A stretch of DNA of 63,499 nt, the filler included, from Olpidium bornovanus S191 (taxonomy: Eukaryota > Fungi > Olpidiomycota), in NCBI GenBank assembly GCA_017911155.1. It is 26 parts of 26 records of this genome, joined end to end, with 100 filler letters (N's around TTAATTAATTAA, not from the genome) between each part and the next. Parts side by side here need not be neighbours in the genome. Positions count along the whole stretch, not along the records: positions 22,198 to 25,168 come from JAEFCI010001018.1; positions 25,269 to 26,477 come from JAEFCI010002457.1; positions 26,578 to 30,302 come from JAEFCI010004176.1; positions 30,403 to 32,095 come from JAEFCI010005229.1; positions 32,196 to 34,167 come from JAEFCI010012387.1; positions 34,268 to 37,912 come from JAEFCI010010622.1; 20 more parts are not named here. The stretch is one strand, 5' to 3'. Below the pieces are notes generated by a model. The model had not been told where the DNA came from. It saw only the letters and a program-made list of their open reading frames with translations, and did not search any database. The position numbers and the translations under genes were made by a program. This document shows positions 23,609 to 35,027 of this stretch, piece after piece (positions within the stretch are counted from its first letter, which is position 1; the number at the start of each line of letters is the position of its first letter).

Positions 23609-24825
23609 CTAGGCGACCGCCGACGTCCGAGCCTTTTTCGTTTCCTTGCGCTCCTTCTTCAGCTGCTTTCTCCTCGCCTTCTTCGCCTTCTTAAGGAGGT
23701 GCTCGTACATGGGATCCTCGGGATTAAGGCCGTACCGCTCGTCGTCCCAGGAGTCTTCGGATTCTTCAGCTGATAAAACGTGATGCCACGCGGCAAGTGG
23801 CAAAAACGAGAGCTTCAGCAAAACAGAGTTCGAAATCCAAACTCCCTCCTCCATCCCCCCCAAAAAAAGCGAAACGGAAGGCGAGAAAGCCGGAAGATGG
23901 CGAAACTAACCAGTCTCGAGAGGTTTCGGCGCGGCGTTGTACACAGAGTGTTCTCCCTCAGGAGCTTTCTCGTCTTTTTTGGGCCGTTTGTACTGCGCGC
24001 AATGGTCTACGCGGATCGTCCTGTTCATGACCTGCCCGGATTTTTGCAGCCGCGCCGCGTAGCCAGAGTCCGTAAACTTCTTGGACCAGCACAGCGTTGC
24101 GGTTTCCCCGGTTCTCCCCGGCCCTGGCCCCCCCCTCCCCCCCACTCTCCCCTTGATGCCGTTGAGGTTATCCACGGCGAGGATGGTGCTCCTCTGGTCC
24201 TCGTAACAAAGAAACGCGAACCCCTTGGACTTTCCGGATTCCTTGTCACGGACAAGGTTGATGTCCACGACCTCTCCATACCTTTTCGCGCGCCGAAAAA
24301 CGTGTACATCCGTACATTAGAGACGTCGGTCAAAAAAAGAAATCTCCGCGAGCGGGCGAGGTGGTGGTGGGGAGGTGGGGAAGGGAAGGGACGGGAAGCG
24401 GAAAACGAACGGGATAAGGTTGAATCAACCGAACGGGGCAAGGGGAGGGGAGAACGCAACTGCGAGAAGATGCAAATCAGGTCCCCCTCGGACAGCTCGT
24501 AGGAAAAGCCCCCGACGAACACGTAGGCGGAATCGCTGTACTGGGCGTGCCATGAGGCGGTCTCGCGGAAGCTGCCTCCTTGGGCCAACGCCTCGCGCGC
24601 GTTGACTCGTTGGATCTCCTTGACGACGCTAGTTTTTTGCAGTTTTTTGCAGGTTTTTATTTTTTTTCCCACCAGGAAATGCCAAAAAGGTCCAAGGCCG
24701 ATTCAGCAAAACGGCGGGGAGGGGCCCGAACAATGGCCGCTTCTGGCGCGCTTTGGTCGGGAACCTTCCTAATAAGCCCGTCCAAACCTCAAATCCGTCA
24801 CCAACCCCTGCGGGCTTTACTTCAT
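23609..24825 (-). CDS. IST3: RES-complex RRM protein Ist3/Snu17/RBMX2, complete (exons 24825-24821, 24628-24461, 24281-~24146, 24031-23911, 23769-23609)
   Basis: MN|[44 protein letters not shown]|[50 protein letters not shown], diagnostic for RBMX2. Confidence 0.93.
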
Positions 24826-25109
24826 GCTGTGCGCGGACGGAAGCTCGCGCGTCTCTCCGCCCCCGAGCTCTCTCCCTTGGACCACTCGGGAATGGGAGAG
24901 GAGAGAACGCGCGGGAGAGAAGCGGACAGAGGGATGCGGCGGCGGAAAAACTGTTTCTACGGGAGGAAGAGCGGGGAGAAAAGGCGGGGGGGGCGGAAGG
25001 GGGGGGGGGAGGAGGGGAGACGGCCGGCGAGGGAAAGGGGGGAAAAAGGCCAGAGTGTGTGTGTTCGGGTGCCCTGAGGGTAAGGGGGCAAAGGGTTGGT
25101 CGTGCGGGT

Positions 25110-25144
<35 letters not shown>

Positions 25145-25268
25145 GGAAAACCCCCCCCCCCCCCCCCCNNNNNNNNNNNNNNNNNNNNNNNNNNNNNNNN
25201 NNNNNNNNNNNNTTAATTAATTAANNNNNNNNNNNNNNNNNNNNNNNNNNNNNNNNNNNNNNNNNNNN

Positions 25269-26058
25269 CATGATTCTTTGTGGAAGTTGCGCAGTCCTTC
25301 TTTATCAGCAGGTGCACGGCCTTGAATCGGCCCCACGCGGCGGCGCTGGAGGAAAAAAAACAGGCGAAATAAATTAGCGGACCGTCCGACGGCGTCCGCG
25401 TTCGTCGGGTCCGAGACGTACTGGTGTAACGGGGTAGATCCGTCCTGGTCCGTGCCGTTGATGTCTGCTCCGTGATCGAGCAACGCCTGAGGGGACACCC
25501 GTTTGGCCAAACGAGCGTTAGCAATTCAGGCCCATCTAAAAAATTGGGTTTGCTTTTGCGCGCGCGCCATACCGCGATGACTCCTTCGTTCCCGTGACGC
25601 GCGGCGTACAAGAGAGCGGTCCAGCCTTCATGCGAGGTCATCGCGATCGATTGTGGGCATTCCCGTAGCAGGATCCTGGCGATCTAATTTTATTTGTTCA
25701 TTTATTTGATTTTTTTTTTTTTACACGTCAGACGTATTCTCCTGGTCCGCACAAAACTCGAACGTTGTGGGGAGGGGGGGGGGAAACGTACATCGTCGCA
25801 CCCGTGGACCGCCGCAATCATGAGGGGAGACTTCCCGTCAATATCGACGGAAACGCCGTACCGCTCGTGGCCGGCCTCCAGAAGAAACGTGACGATTTCC
25901 GGGTGGTTGTAACGGACGGCGTAGTGCAGAGACGTCCACCTGTTCAGGTCTTCGGTGTTTTGCGGGTCGACCTTGTCGCGGAGAATGCGGCGCTTGACGA
26001 GGTTCAAGTCCCCTTCCTGCACAGCAGTGCGCAGCTTCAGCACGAAGCCGACCCTCAT
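25269..26058 (-). CDS. AVO2: Ankyrin-repeat protein, Avo2 (TORC2 subunit)-like, 3'-truncated
   Basis: LKLRTAVQEGDLNLVKRRILR..NTEDLNRWTSLHYAVRYNHPEIVTFLLEAGHE resembles Avo2 LREAIIEGNLLIVKRLLRR..NGWSSLHYA..LGHD. Further ankyrin repeats follow (GWTALLYAA, GSTPLH). Confidence 0.7.
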
Positions 26059-26115
26059 GGCGCCACTCGCGTTTGCGGTCAGGTCCAGCTTCCAACACAG
26101 GGGCGGTGGGGCGCC

Positions 26116-26190
26116 TCGTGATCCGAAACGGAGGGGTCACCGTCGTGATCCGAAACGGTCGTGATCCGAAACGGAGGGGTCCACCGTGAC
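26116..26190. repeat. Short tandem repeats (cgtgatccgaaacgg x3) upstream of AVO2-like
   Basis: Directly visible. Confidence 0.8.
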
Positions 26191-26374
26191 GGGGAATGAG
26201 GAGGGGGGTGGGGTGGTTGACGGGGAGGGCGCGCCCCCTCCTTCAATCCCCCACATTTCCGAGCCAATCGGCGGAATTCTCCCCGCCCGCCCGCCCGCCC
26301 GCCCGGAAACACGCCCCCGCAATCATTTTATTCCCCCCCCGGTTCCGCCGAGGCGAGAAAGACGGAAATGAAAA

Positions 26375-26426
<52 letters not shown>

Positions 26427-29400
26427 CCCAAAAAGAAAAAACACCCCCGAACAAACCCCCCACCCCCCCCCCCCCCCNNNNNNNNNNNNNNNNNNNNNNN
26501 NNNNNNNNNNNNNNNNNNNNNTTAATTAATTAANNNNNNNNNNNNNNNNNNNNNNNNNNNNNNNNNNNNNNNNNNNNCAACCCCGTTCACGCGAAACTTC
26601 GATTGTCCGGCACTGCGGTTCGCTGCCACGACTTAACGTCAAATTCCCCAACGCTCGTTCGTTTGTAGGGGCGTGTATACCGATTTATTAAATACATGTA
26701 AATAAAATATGTACATATATCGAAACACGACCGACCGGGGGGCTAGGATATAACACGCCATGCGCTCCTATTCTCCGTAAAAAAGCTCTAACGGCGGGCG
26801 ATACAGATAGAAAAAATCTACTAAATAAGTATTGTACACAAATAATATATGATCGATGATCGTATCAATATGACAACCTAAAGCAGTGCGAGGCCCACCA
26901 ATTTAAAGGAAGCGGCCGTAGGCTCGTGGCCCAAAACGGAACGCCAACGGCCAAGCGGATGCGCGGGAGGGGAGAAATGTCGAATTTTCGCTCCAAGAGG
27001 AGTAGGTGCGCGGCGAACGTGGTTCCGTGTGAATAATAATAAAGAAATATATAAATAATAATAATGCCATGCTTGAGGCCTTAAGTTTTGTGCGACGAAA
27101 CATTTTAAATTGGAAAGAATTCGAGTGAGCGCCTTTGATATCGCAGTTTTCCTGACGAGGACACGGGAACGAAAAAGTCCCGGTTCGTAGTTACCTTCTT
27201 CGCCTCGGTTTCGTCGCGGACCGCCTCTGACTCCCACAAAACCGCCCGGATTCCGTCTAAAGGCGTCGCATGGTTCGCGTTCACACGCCTTCCTGCTTGA
27301 CGGAACCCCTGGCCCAAGAGGGAATCCGAGGCAAACGGGCAGCGGATCAGCGTCTGCCCCTCATATCATGAAAGAACGGCAATGGTCAAAAATTGGACGC
27401 ACGGGTCAAACATCCCCGCCTGTGCGGGGGCGTCATCGGGGAGGTGCGGTCGGCGGTGGAGGTGGGGGGATGAAGAGGGGAGTAGGAAAGAGGCGCTGTC
27501 GGCGGCGGCGTCGAAGGCACGGGCGGGGCGGTTGACGGCCATCTCCCTGAACACGGCGTCGGCGTATGCCACGGCGTCAGCGGCGGACAGGCCTGGCTCG
27601 GCGGCCGGTTCTGGGCTGCGTTTTTGAATGTCAGTCATCCAATGGCAATGGAAGACACAAGATGAGGATTAGCGAATTCTTACAAGTTCTCTTAAATGCT
27701 GCGGTATCTCCGCGGCGGCCGCGCGCAGCGCCCTCGTTTTCCCGCGACCGACTCCTCAGGGGCGAGGCGGCGCCGCCATGGCCGGCTCCCCCGGGCACCG
27801 GCCGCGTGCAGCGACGGGGGTGGGCCTCGGCAGGCGGAATAATGAATCTCACGCTCCGCCGGGTGCGTCGACCGGTTTGTCCGCGGCGTCGCCGCCGGAG
27901 GCGACCGGCAGGAAAGCGCGGGAGGGACGGCCCGGGCGGCCCGGGCGGCGCCCTTCGGCGGCCCCTGCCTCTCCGCGTGCGTCTCGGAACTACGAGGAGC
28001 CATTTGCGTTTGCGGTGACGGCGGGGGGTAAAGGAAGGGATAAGGGGGTCAAGCGGGTGCGGGGTGCGTGGCGGCGCGGCGCGGGGTCTCTCGCTCTTTT
28101 CTTCTCTCTCTATCTCTGTCTGCCGGGGGGCGCGGCGCGGGGCGACGGCGGACGGACGGCGCCCTTTTTATGCGCAGGACTGGCGCGGGAGGCGGGGGAG
28201 AGGAGGGGGGTATTTTTCATGCGCATGACCGGCGAGGAAGAGGAGAAAAGGGGCGGGGGGTGAGAGAGAAGGGGTTGGGGGCCAGGGTTATGATCACGCC
28301 GACTCACGTGCCGGGAAAATAGCATCGGCCGGTTTTGCCGAGCCGAAGGCCCCGTTGTCCGTCGTCCAACAAGGGCTCCCCTCCTCTTTCTTGCCACCGC
28401 CGTTTCATACGCAACCATGTGGGCCTCCGGCGGGACCCCGACTGGGAAACCCCACCTCGAAGAGAGAGATCCGTTAGAACCCGGCGCGGACAAACTTGCT
28501 CTCACAACAAGTGGCGGGTTCACCGCGGCAGTGTCACGTGTCGCGGCCTGCGAGAATCTCGTTTTCTGCGCACAAATCGAACACAAACAGCCGCGAAGGA
28601 AAGGGAAGCATCGCGAAGTCCAACGCTGGTTCTCGCGGCGCTCCGAAGCGTCTCAGTTTTCCGCGCTGTAGACCCCTGTTGAGCAGTCTACGAAAATAAC
28701 ACGCTTCGCGTCGAAACTGCTTTTTGACGCGCCGCAGCGCTAAAAACACGACCCGCCACGTCACCACCCCTCACTCCCTCCCCCTTCTACCTACCTCCCC
28801 CCGCGCGCCCGCCCGGCCCCGCAGGTGTGCCGCCGTCGCGCGCCGCCCGTTTTTGTTCCGCCCCTGCTTTTGCAGCCGGGCACCGCGCCGGCCAAAGGCA
28901 GGGCGCTTGCACGCCTGCCTCGGCGTTCACGCTTGCCGCGGTCTTGCGCCACCCTCGCCGGGGAGCACCTCGCCCTTATTTTTTTTCCCCGGCGCACTCT
29001 CATCGCAGCGTCGCCCCCTGGCGTCGGCGCCGACCAAACACGTCTGCCGCCGACGAAAGGCGTCGCGAGCTACCGTCGCCATCGCTGCCCGCGGGGGGTG
29101 CGCCGACCGAAGGCCGCTGGCAAGTCGTATCGACTACACCGCCTCGTATTCGCGAAATGGATATCTTTGCCGACGATAGACGGGCGCGAGAGCCCGCTCG
29201 CCGCCGGGTGATCGTCGGGCGGGCGTTAAGGGGCGGGAAAGCAGGAAAAAAGAAAAACACCAATGCGACCCTCCCCACCCCCTTCTTACGGATCCGACTG
29301 CCGGTAAACCTAGGTTTCAAAAAAAATGCGAAAGAAACTCGGGAAAATCACGGGTTCGCGAACCAAAAAAGGAAAGAAAGGGCTGCCGCAACTTCCCGCA

Positions 29401-29434
29401 TCGCAGAGCGGAGCGGGAAAAGTAAAACCGGTTT

Positions 29435-30302
29435 TCAAACGTCCGCGACCGACTGCAGCGGCGGGGCCCCGGGCGCCGGCGGCCCGGAGAAACGCGTCTG
29501 GAGGAAGACCTTGATGATCCCGGCCTCTTTCTTGTCGAAGCGGCGGTACACCTCGGCGACCTCCTCCAGCGGGAAGCGGTGCGTCACGATCACGGTCGGG
29601 TCAAACTGGGAATGTTTTCGACCGGGTTTCGGGAAGAACAAAAAAAAACCCCGAGACAGAAGGCGTTGCGCGTGAGCAAATAAACCCACAATTTTTCTTT
29701 GATGGAAATTGGACGGAGGGCCGTAGCCAAAAAGAATGGGGAGTGTGGGAGAAGGGCGGGGTTCGGCGTGTTTGGCATTCCGCACTGCTGTACCTCGCCG
29801 TTCCGGATGTCTTCGAGGCACTTCTTCCAGTATTTTTGCACTGGCGCCTGTCCGCATCCGATTAGTCTAAGACCTGGCGTGGGACCACCCCCCAACGATA
29901 ACATTAACTCCGCCACTCCGCAAAGTTCTTTTGCCTCTGACAAAAAAAAACGGCAGATCATAAATCTGCGCCGGACGGAGTCCTCTTCCCCGCTAACCCC
30001 TTCCCTCACCTTTCTCCATCACCGCGCCAATGAGGAAACCGTTGCACGTTCCCACGTAGTCCGCGATGAGGGCGACGGTGCTTGACGAAAGTAGGTGGGG
30101 AGAAAGGGGGAAAGCGGCGTAGAAAATCATCAAGAACCACCTCTTTTTGGAGTCGCCTTTCGCGTTCCAACCCCTCATCCCCCCACTCCGCCTTCCGCCG
30201 CCCATTTTCTAAAAATCAGCAAGACAGGGGGGGGTTACTTGCCCGAACTTCCTGGTGGCCAGGATCTCTTCGTTCACGATGTCACTGCTGTCAGTCTCCA
30301 TG
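29435..30302 (-). CDS. Zn-dependent medium-chain dehydrogenase (YbdR/formaldehyde dehydrogenase-like), 3' part (exons 30302-30243, 30080-30010, 29873-29794, 29605-29435)
   Basis: ETDSSDIVNEEILATRKFG|TVALIADYVGTCNGFLIGAVMEK|GLRLIGCGQAPVQKYW..|FDPTVIVTHRFPLEEVAEVYRRFDKKEAGIIKVFLQTRFS, the typical C-terminus of this MDR subgroup. Confidence 0.88.
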
Positions 30303-30559
30303 NNNNNNNNNNNNNNNNNNNNNNNNNNNNNNNNNNNNNNNNNNNNTTAATTAATTAANNNNNNNNNNNNNNNNNNNNNNNNNNNNNNNNNNNNNNNNNN
30401 NNCAGATCCAAAACTTCAAAAAAAAGCCCGATGCAAATCTGCCTCATATTATAGCCTACGGCGACTGGGGCGTTCTCTCTTCTCCCGTTGTCCTTTGCAG
30501 TTTCTTTTTTTTTCTTCTCCATGATACATTCTCGACGTTTGCTCCCCAGTGTCTTTTTT

Positions 30560-31243
30560 GTAGCGATCGTCGTCTTATGCGTTATCTCCATGCGCTTTGC
30601 TAAGCGTGACAGTAGTTCGTTTACGAACTCAGGCCCCTGGTCACTCTGGATCGACTTGGGCACTCCGTGACGACAGATGATCGTCCGGTACAAAGCATCC
30701 GCAACCATCTTGGCCGACTTGCTGCGCAGTGGCACGGCTTCTGCCCACTTTGTGAACAAGTCTGTGAACACTATTATGTTGCGATTATCCGACGCACTAG
30801 CCGGATGATCGGTGATAAGGTCCATTGCTATGGTCCCAAACGGTTTGTTCTCCGTTATAGGCCGCAGCGGCTTTAGCCACGATCTCGGCGCATCTTTGAA
30901 CGCCTGGCATTGCTCACAGCTGCCGATGTACTCTCGTACATCTTTTGACATGCCCTTCCAGTAAAAGTCGCCCATCAAAGTCACGTAGATCTTGTTCTTT
31001 CCAAGGTGGCCCGCCAAGGGGCTCTTGTGTGCCACCTGCAGGACGCAGTCCTTTAGGCTTGTAGGCACCACGGCTCGCCAGACTCTTGTCCGCTCCCTTG
31101 CCGCTGGCTGGTTTTGCACCGCCGATTGCGCATGCGCGTTTTTCCCCCGAACCTTCTGGCCCGGGGTGTGATAGAATGTCTCTACCACCAATAATCCGTC
31201 GTCTTCTAGACGCTGTTTCTTCGACGTCCTCTCGGCGCCAGGC
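30560..31243 (-). mobile_element. Ty3/gypsy integrase fragment (HHCC zinc finger and start of the DDE core)
   Basis: AHKSPLAGHLGKNK...FYWKGMSKDVREYIGSCEQCQ, PFGTIAMDLI, DLFTKWAEAVP, SDQGPEF. The frame stays open up to 31243, where an LTR begins; it decays before the third catalytic residue. Confidence 0.95.
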
Positions 31244-32095
31244 TGTTATACTAGATGCACAATGTGATCACGTGACCTCACTCAGTACATAACCACAACG
31301 GTCCCACTCTCCCCCCTCTCTCCTCCCACCGCTCCATACACAAATAAAACACGAACCGCCTGTCGTTACATGGTAGCAACGCCCGTCTCTATCTAGGGCA
31401 ATCCGCCATCAGCCGTTTCCTGCCGCTGCGCTCCGCCGCCGCCGCGTTTACCGCCGTCTGCCCTCCGCCGTCTGCCGTTCGCTGTCCGCCATCCGCCGTC
31501 TGCCCTCCGCCATCCGCCGCCTGCCATCCGCCATCCGCCGTTCCCCGCCGCTGCGCTCCGCCGCCGCTGCGCTCCGCCGCTGCCGCGTTTACCGCCGTCT
31601 GCCCTTCGCCGTCCGCCGTCCGCCATCCGCCGTGCCCCGCCGCTGCGCTCCGCCGTCCGCCGTGCCCCGCCGCTGTGCTCCGCCATCCGCCGTGCCCCGC
31701 CGCTGCGCTCCGCCGCCGCCGCGTTTACCGCCGCCTTCGCCGTCAGCCGCCCGCCGCCCGAGCCGCCCGCCGCCCGAGCCGCCCGCCGCCCGAGCCGCCC
31801 GCCGCCCGAGCCGCCCGCCGCCGCGTTATCGCCGCTGCCGCGTTACCGCCGCTGCCGCGTTTACCGCCGCTTTCGCCGTCTGCCGCCCGCCGGCACGTAG
31901 CCAGCCGTCCGCAACCGCCGTGTCCCTTAGCTCGCCACAGTCACTCCATGGCGCAAGCCCGTGCCCTGTCGGCCGACGAGGCCGCCGTCCTTTTCGCCAA
32001 ACTGCAACAGCTCCGCGCCCGGGACCAACAGGACGCCACACTTCTTGCGGCGGTACACCAACAACAACAACAGGAGGCACAGGAGGTAGCTGTCG
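31244..32095 (+). mobile_element. 5' end of an LTR retrotransposon: LTR 31244-31370, PBS 31371-31380, GC-rich repeat leader, probable gag start at 31948
   Basis: TGT...ACA-bounded 127-bp segment containing AATAAA, followed directly by TGGTAGCAAC (tRNA 3'-end type PBS). The leader has 3 x 30-bp (31621-31712) and 4 x 16-bp (31746-31809) repeats. ORF MAQARALSADEAAVLFAKLQQLR runs off the contig. Confidence 0.72.
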
Positions 32096-32195
32096 NNNNN
32101 NNNNNNNNNNNNNNNNNNNNNNNNNNNNNNNNNNNNNNNTTAATTAATTAANNNNNNNNNNNNNNNNNNNNNNNNNNNNNNNNNNNNNNNNNNNN

Positions 32196-32242
<47 letters not shown>

Positions 32243-32487
32243 CCGAGAGGAGAGGACCCCCCCCGGCTCGCGGCCGCCGCTCTCTGCCCGCGGGGCCCCC
32301 CTCTCCCCCCCTCCACCGAAGCCCCGTCGGAAGGAAGGACGAGCCGAGCTCTGCCGCGCGACGGCCGCCGGTCAGGCCGCCCGGGACGGCCCACCCCCCA
32401 CCCCCCGCGCCCCTCCCCTTGCTGTGATCGTCCGCCGCGGAGCGCTCGCGCTGTCCCTCGTCCCGTTGCACCCGATCGCCCGCGCGG

Positions 32488-34167
32488 ATGGATCAGCGGG
32501 ACCCCGCCGCCGTCGCCGCGCGCGAGCTCCCGCCTCCGCGGCCGCCGCAGGACCCCCGCGGGGCCGCCCCGCGGGCGGCCCCGCCGGCCGACGGCCGGGA
32601 CCGGCCCCCGGACGCAACGAGCCTAAAGGCCTCGGCGGCCCCGTCCCGGTTTCCGACCCTATCCAACACCTGGGAGCTGGCCGAGTGGGGCAGCACCGTC
32701 CACCTGGAACCCGGCCTGCTGGGCGATGCTCACGGCGCCCGGCGCCGGCTGCGGCCCCCGCGCCGCGAAGCGCCGGACGAGAAATCCTCCTCCGCGTCGA
32801 GCACGCCGTCGTCGACGATGACGCCTGACCAGGAGCACGTTGCGTTGCCGCTGGGCGTCCACTCGCCGGCGGACGGCGGGCCGCGCGATCCGCCGCCGAG
32901 GAAGCCCGTCCGCCTGGGCCTGGTCCACGGGATCAGCATAGCGGGGAACGATCTGATCGCCTCGGTCTTCTACACCCTCGGGCTCTGCGCGACGTTTGCC
33001 GGCGCCTACTCGCCGATCTCGCTCCTGCTGGTTTCGGCGGCGATATATCCGCTCAGGAACATAATCACCGAGATCGCCACCGCGCTGCCGTTCAACGGAG
33101 GCACGTACAACATCATGCTCAATACGACGACGAAAATCCTGGCCGCCGCCATCGGATCCTTGAGCATCCTAGACTACGTCGCGACGGCCGTCGTGAGCGC
33201 GGCGACGGCGATGGGCTACCTCGCGTCCGAGGTCTCGTACTTCACAGGCGGGCAGACGGTCCTTCCCACGTTCTGGCTCACTCTGGGAGTGATGGTCCTC
33301 ATCGCCGGCATTTTGTTCTTGGGGTTGCGGGAAAGCGCTCTCGTTGCCACCGTCATCTTCACGGTACACCTCGTCACCATGGCTGTCCTGATGGCTGCGG
33401 GCGTCTACCGCTGGTTCCTTGTTGGGAACGCACAGCTGGTCGCAAACTGGAGCCTGGAACCAACGGGGGCCGACGCCCTGCGCAGGATATTTGCAGGGTT
33501 CTGCGTGGGGCTCCTCGGGGTTACCGGATACGAGTGCGCCGAGAATTACATCGAGGAAATGGACCCGGCCACCTTTGGCAGGCTGATGAACATCATGTGG
33601 TGGATAGTGACGGTGTTCAACGCTCCCATGTCGCTTATTACGCTGGCCCTCCTTCCCGTTGACACTCACCCCGACGGCCTGCTCTCTCAGATGGGGGAAG
33701 TCGCATCGGGGAGCCGATGGCTGCGGATATGGGTCACGGTGGACGCGGTGGTCGTTCTCTGCGCCGGCGTCCTGGCCGGGTTTATCGGCGCGGCCGGCCT
33801 GCTGAACCGCATGGCGACGGACCACCTGCTCCCGCAGGTTTTCCGGCGGCGGAACCGGCTCACGGGCTCGCAGCACGTGCTGATCGCGTCGTTCCTCGTG
33901 CTCTGCTGCACGCTGTACGCCGTCACCGGGGGCGACATCACGTCGCTCTCGGGCGTTTTCGCGATGTCGTTCCTCTCGGCCATGTGCGGGTTCGCGGTGT
34001 GCAACGTGCTGCTCAAGTACAAGCGCGGCCGCCTCCCGCGCACCACGCGCGTCTCCCTGGCCACGGCGCTGGTGGGGTTCGTCGTCCTCTTCGCCGGCCT
34101 GGTCGGCAACGTCGTCATCAACCCGGAGATCGTCCAGTACTTCCTGCTCTACTTCGCCGTCATCATG
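32488..34167 (+). CDS. APC-superfamily amino acid/polyamine permease, intronless over the visible 1.7 kb, 3'-truncated
   Basis: Many hydrophobic helices. GISIAGNDLIASVFYTLG, ALPFNGGTYNIMLNTT, LSILDYVATAVVSA, GLLGVTGYE and LCAGVLAGFIG correspond to the APC TM1/TM2-3/TM6/TM8 motifs. Confidence 0.88.
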
Positions 34168-34268
34168 NNNNNNNNNNNNNNNNNNNNNNNNNNNNNNNNN
34201 NNNNNNNNNNNTTAATTAATTAANNNNNNNNNNNNNNNNNNNNNNNNNNNNNNNNNNNNNNNNNNNNC

Positions 34269-35027
34269 ATGTTCATCCTCAGCAACATCGCACCGCATCT
34301 CCGATTCGGGTCCGTGGACGACGCGAGGTTTATACTAGCTGTGCTCACCGACCACGCCTCCGTGTCGCCTGCCGCCTTCCCCTCGTACTCCACCGGCGCG
34401 TTCCGGCAATTTACCGCCCGGGCTGCGGAGGTTTTGTCGAAACTAGGGATAAAGAATGAGAACCGGGAGATGTTCGAGTCGATTTCGGCTCCGCTGGAAT
34501 TTGAGAGGGCCGTCGCCGCGTTCATGAAGCCCCTTTTGCGCTCGCCGATAATTGCCGGCGCCCTGAAGCCGAGGCGGCGCTCCTGTCGCCAGACCGACGC
34601 GACTTCCGCCGGACCGACGGAGTGGACGACGACGCCGACGCTCGCAAATAGTCCACCGGTGCCCTGGTCGCAGGAAGAGCACGGGAATCTCGAGCTGATC
34701 CTCTGCGCCCTGGGCACCCTGGCGCACGTGGGAGGCCCGGTCCTGGTCTCCTCCGCCGCGTTCAGGCGGTCGGGCTGCTCCTCCATGCTCCGACGACTGG
34801 CCATCGACCCCGACGCTTTACCGCCGTGCGCTCCTGATGAAGCGGCGGTTTCCATCCGGAAACGGGCCCTGAACACCTTAAAGGAGCTGAAGGCCGATTC
34901 GTTTGCCGCGGCCCAGGGGAATTCCACCTGCCCTCTTCTTCCTATAGAAATTTTAGAGGTGCTTGTGGATCGAGGACGATGCAACAACAGGGAGCTGTGT
35001 TCTGACCTGGCCGAGATCATCCTATGA
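34269..35027 (+). CDS. Hypothetical alpha-helical (possibly ARM/HEAT-like) protein, C-terminal part
   Basis: A 252-aa open frame from the contig start to TGA with amphipathic, Leu/Ala-rich composition. No family recognised. Confidence 0.5.
   Translation: MFILSNIAPHLRFGSVDDARFILAVLTDHASVSPAAFPSYSTGAFRQFTARAAEVLSKLGIKNENREMFESISAPLEFERAVAAFMKPLLRSPIIAGALKPRRRSCRQTDATSAGPTEWTTTPTLANSPPVPWSQEEHGNLELILCALGTLAHVGGPVLVSSAAFRRSGCSSMLRRLAIDPDALPPCAPDEAAVSIRKRALNTLKELKADSFAAAQGNSTCPLLPIEILEVLVDRGRCNNRELCSDLAEIIL

Noticed and set aside
27105-27638. Two candidate minus-strand exons (MTDIQKRSPEP..., GFRQAGRRVNANH...)
   Set aside because: No canonical in-frame donor joins them and no family was recognised.
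32196-34167. Bacterial contaminant contigs (intronless permease and deaminase)
   Set aside because: Both are flanked by the same homopolymer-rich, eukaryote-like non-coding DNA as the other contigs, with no operon structure or Shine-Dalgarno context. They are kept as HGT or retrocopy candidates instead.
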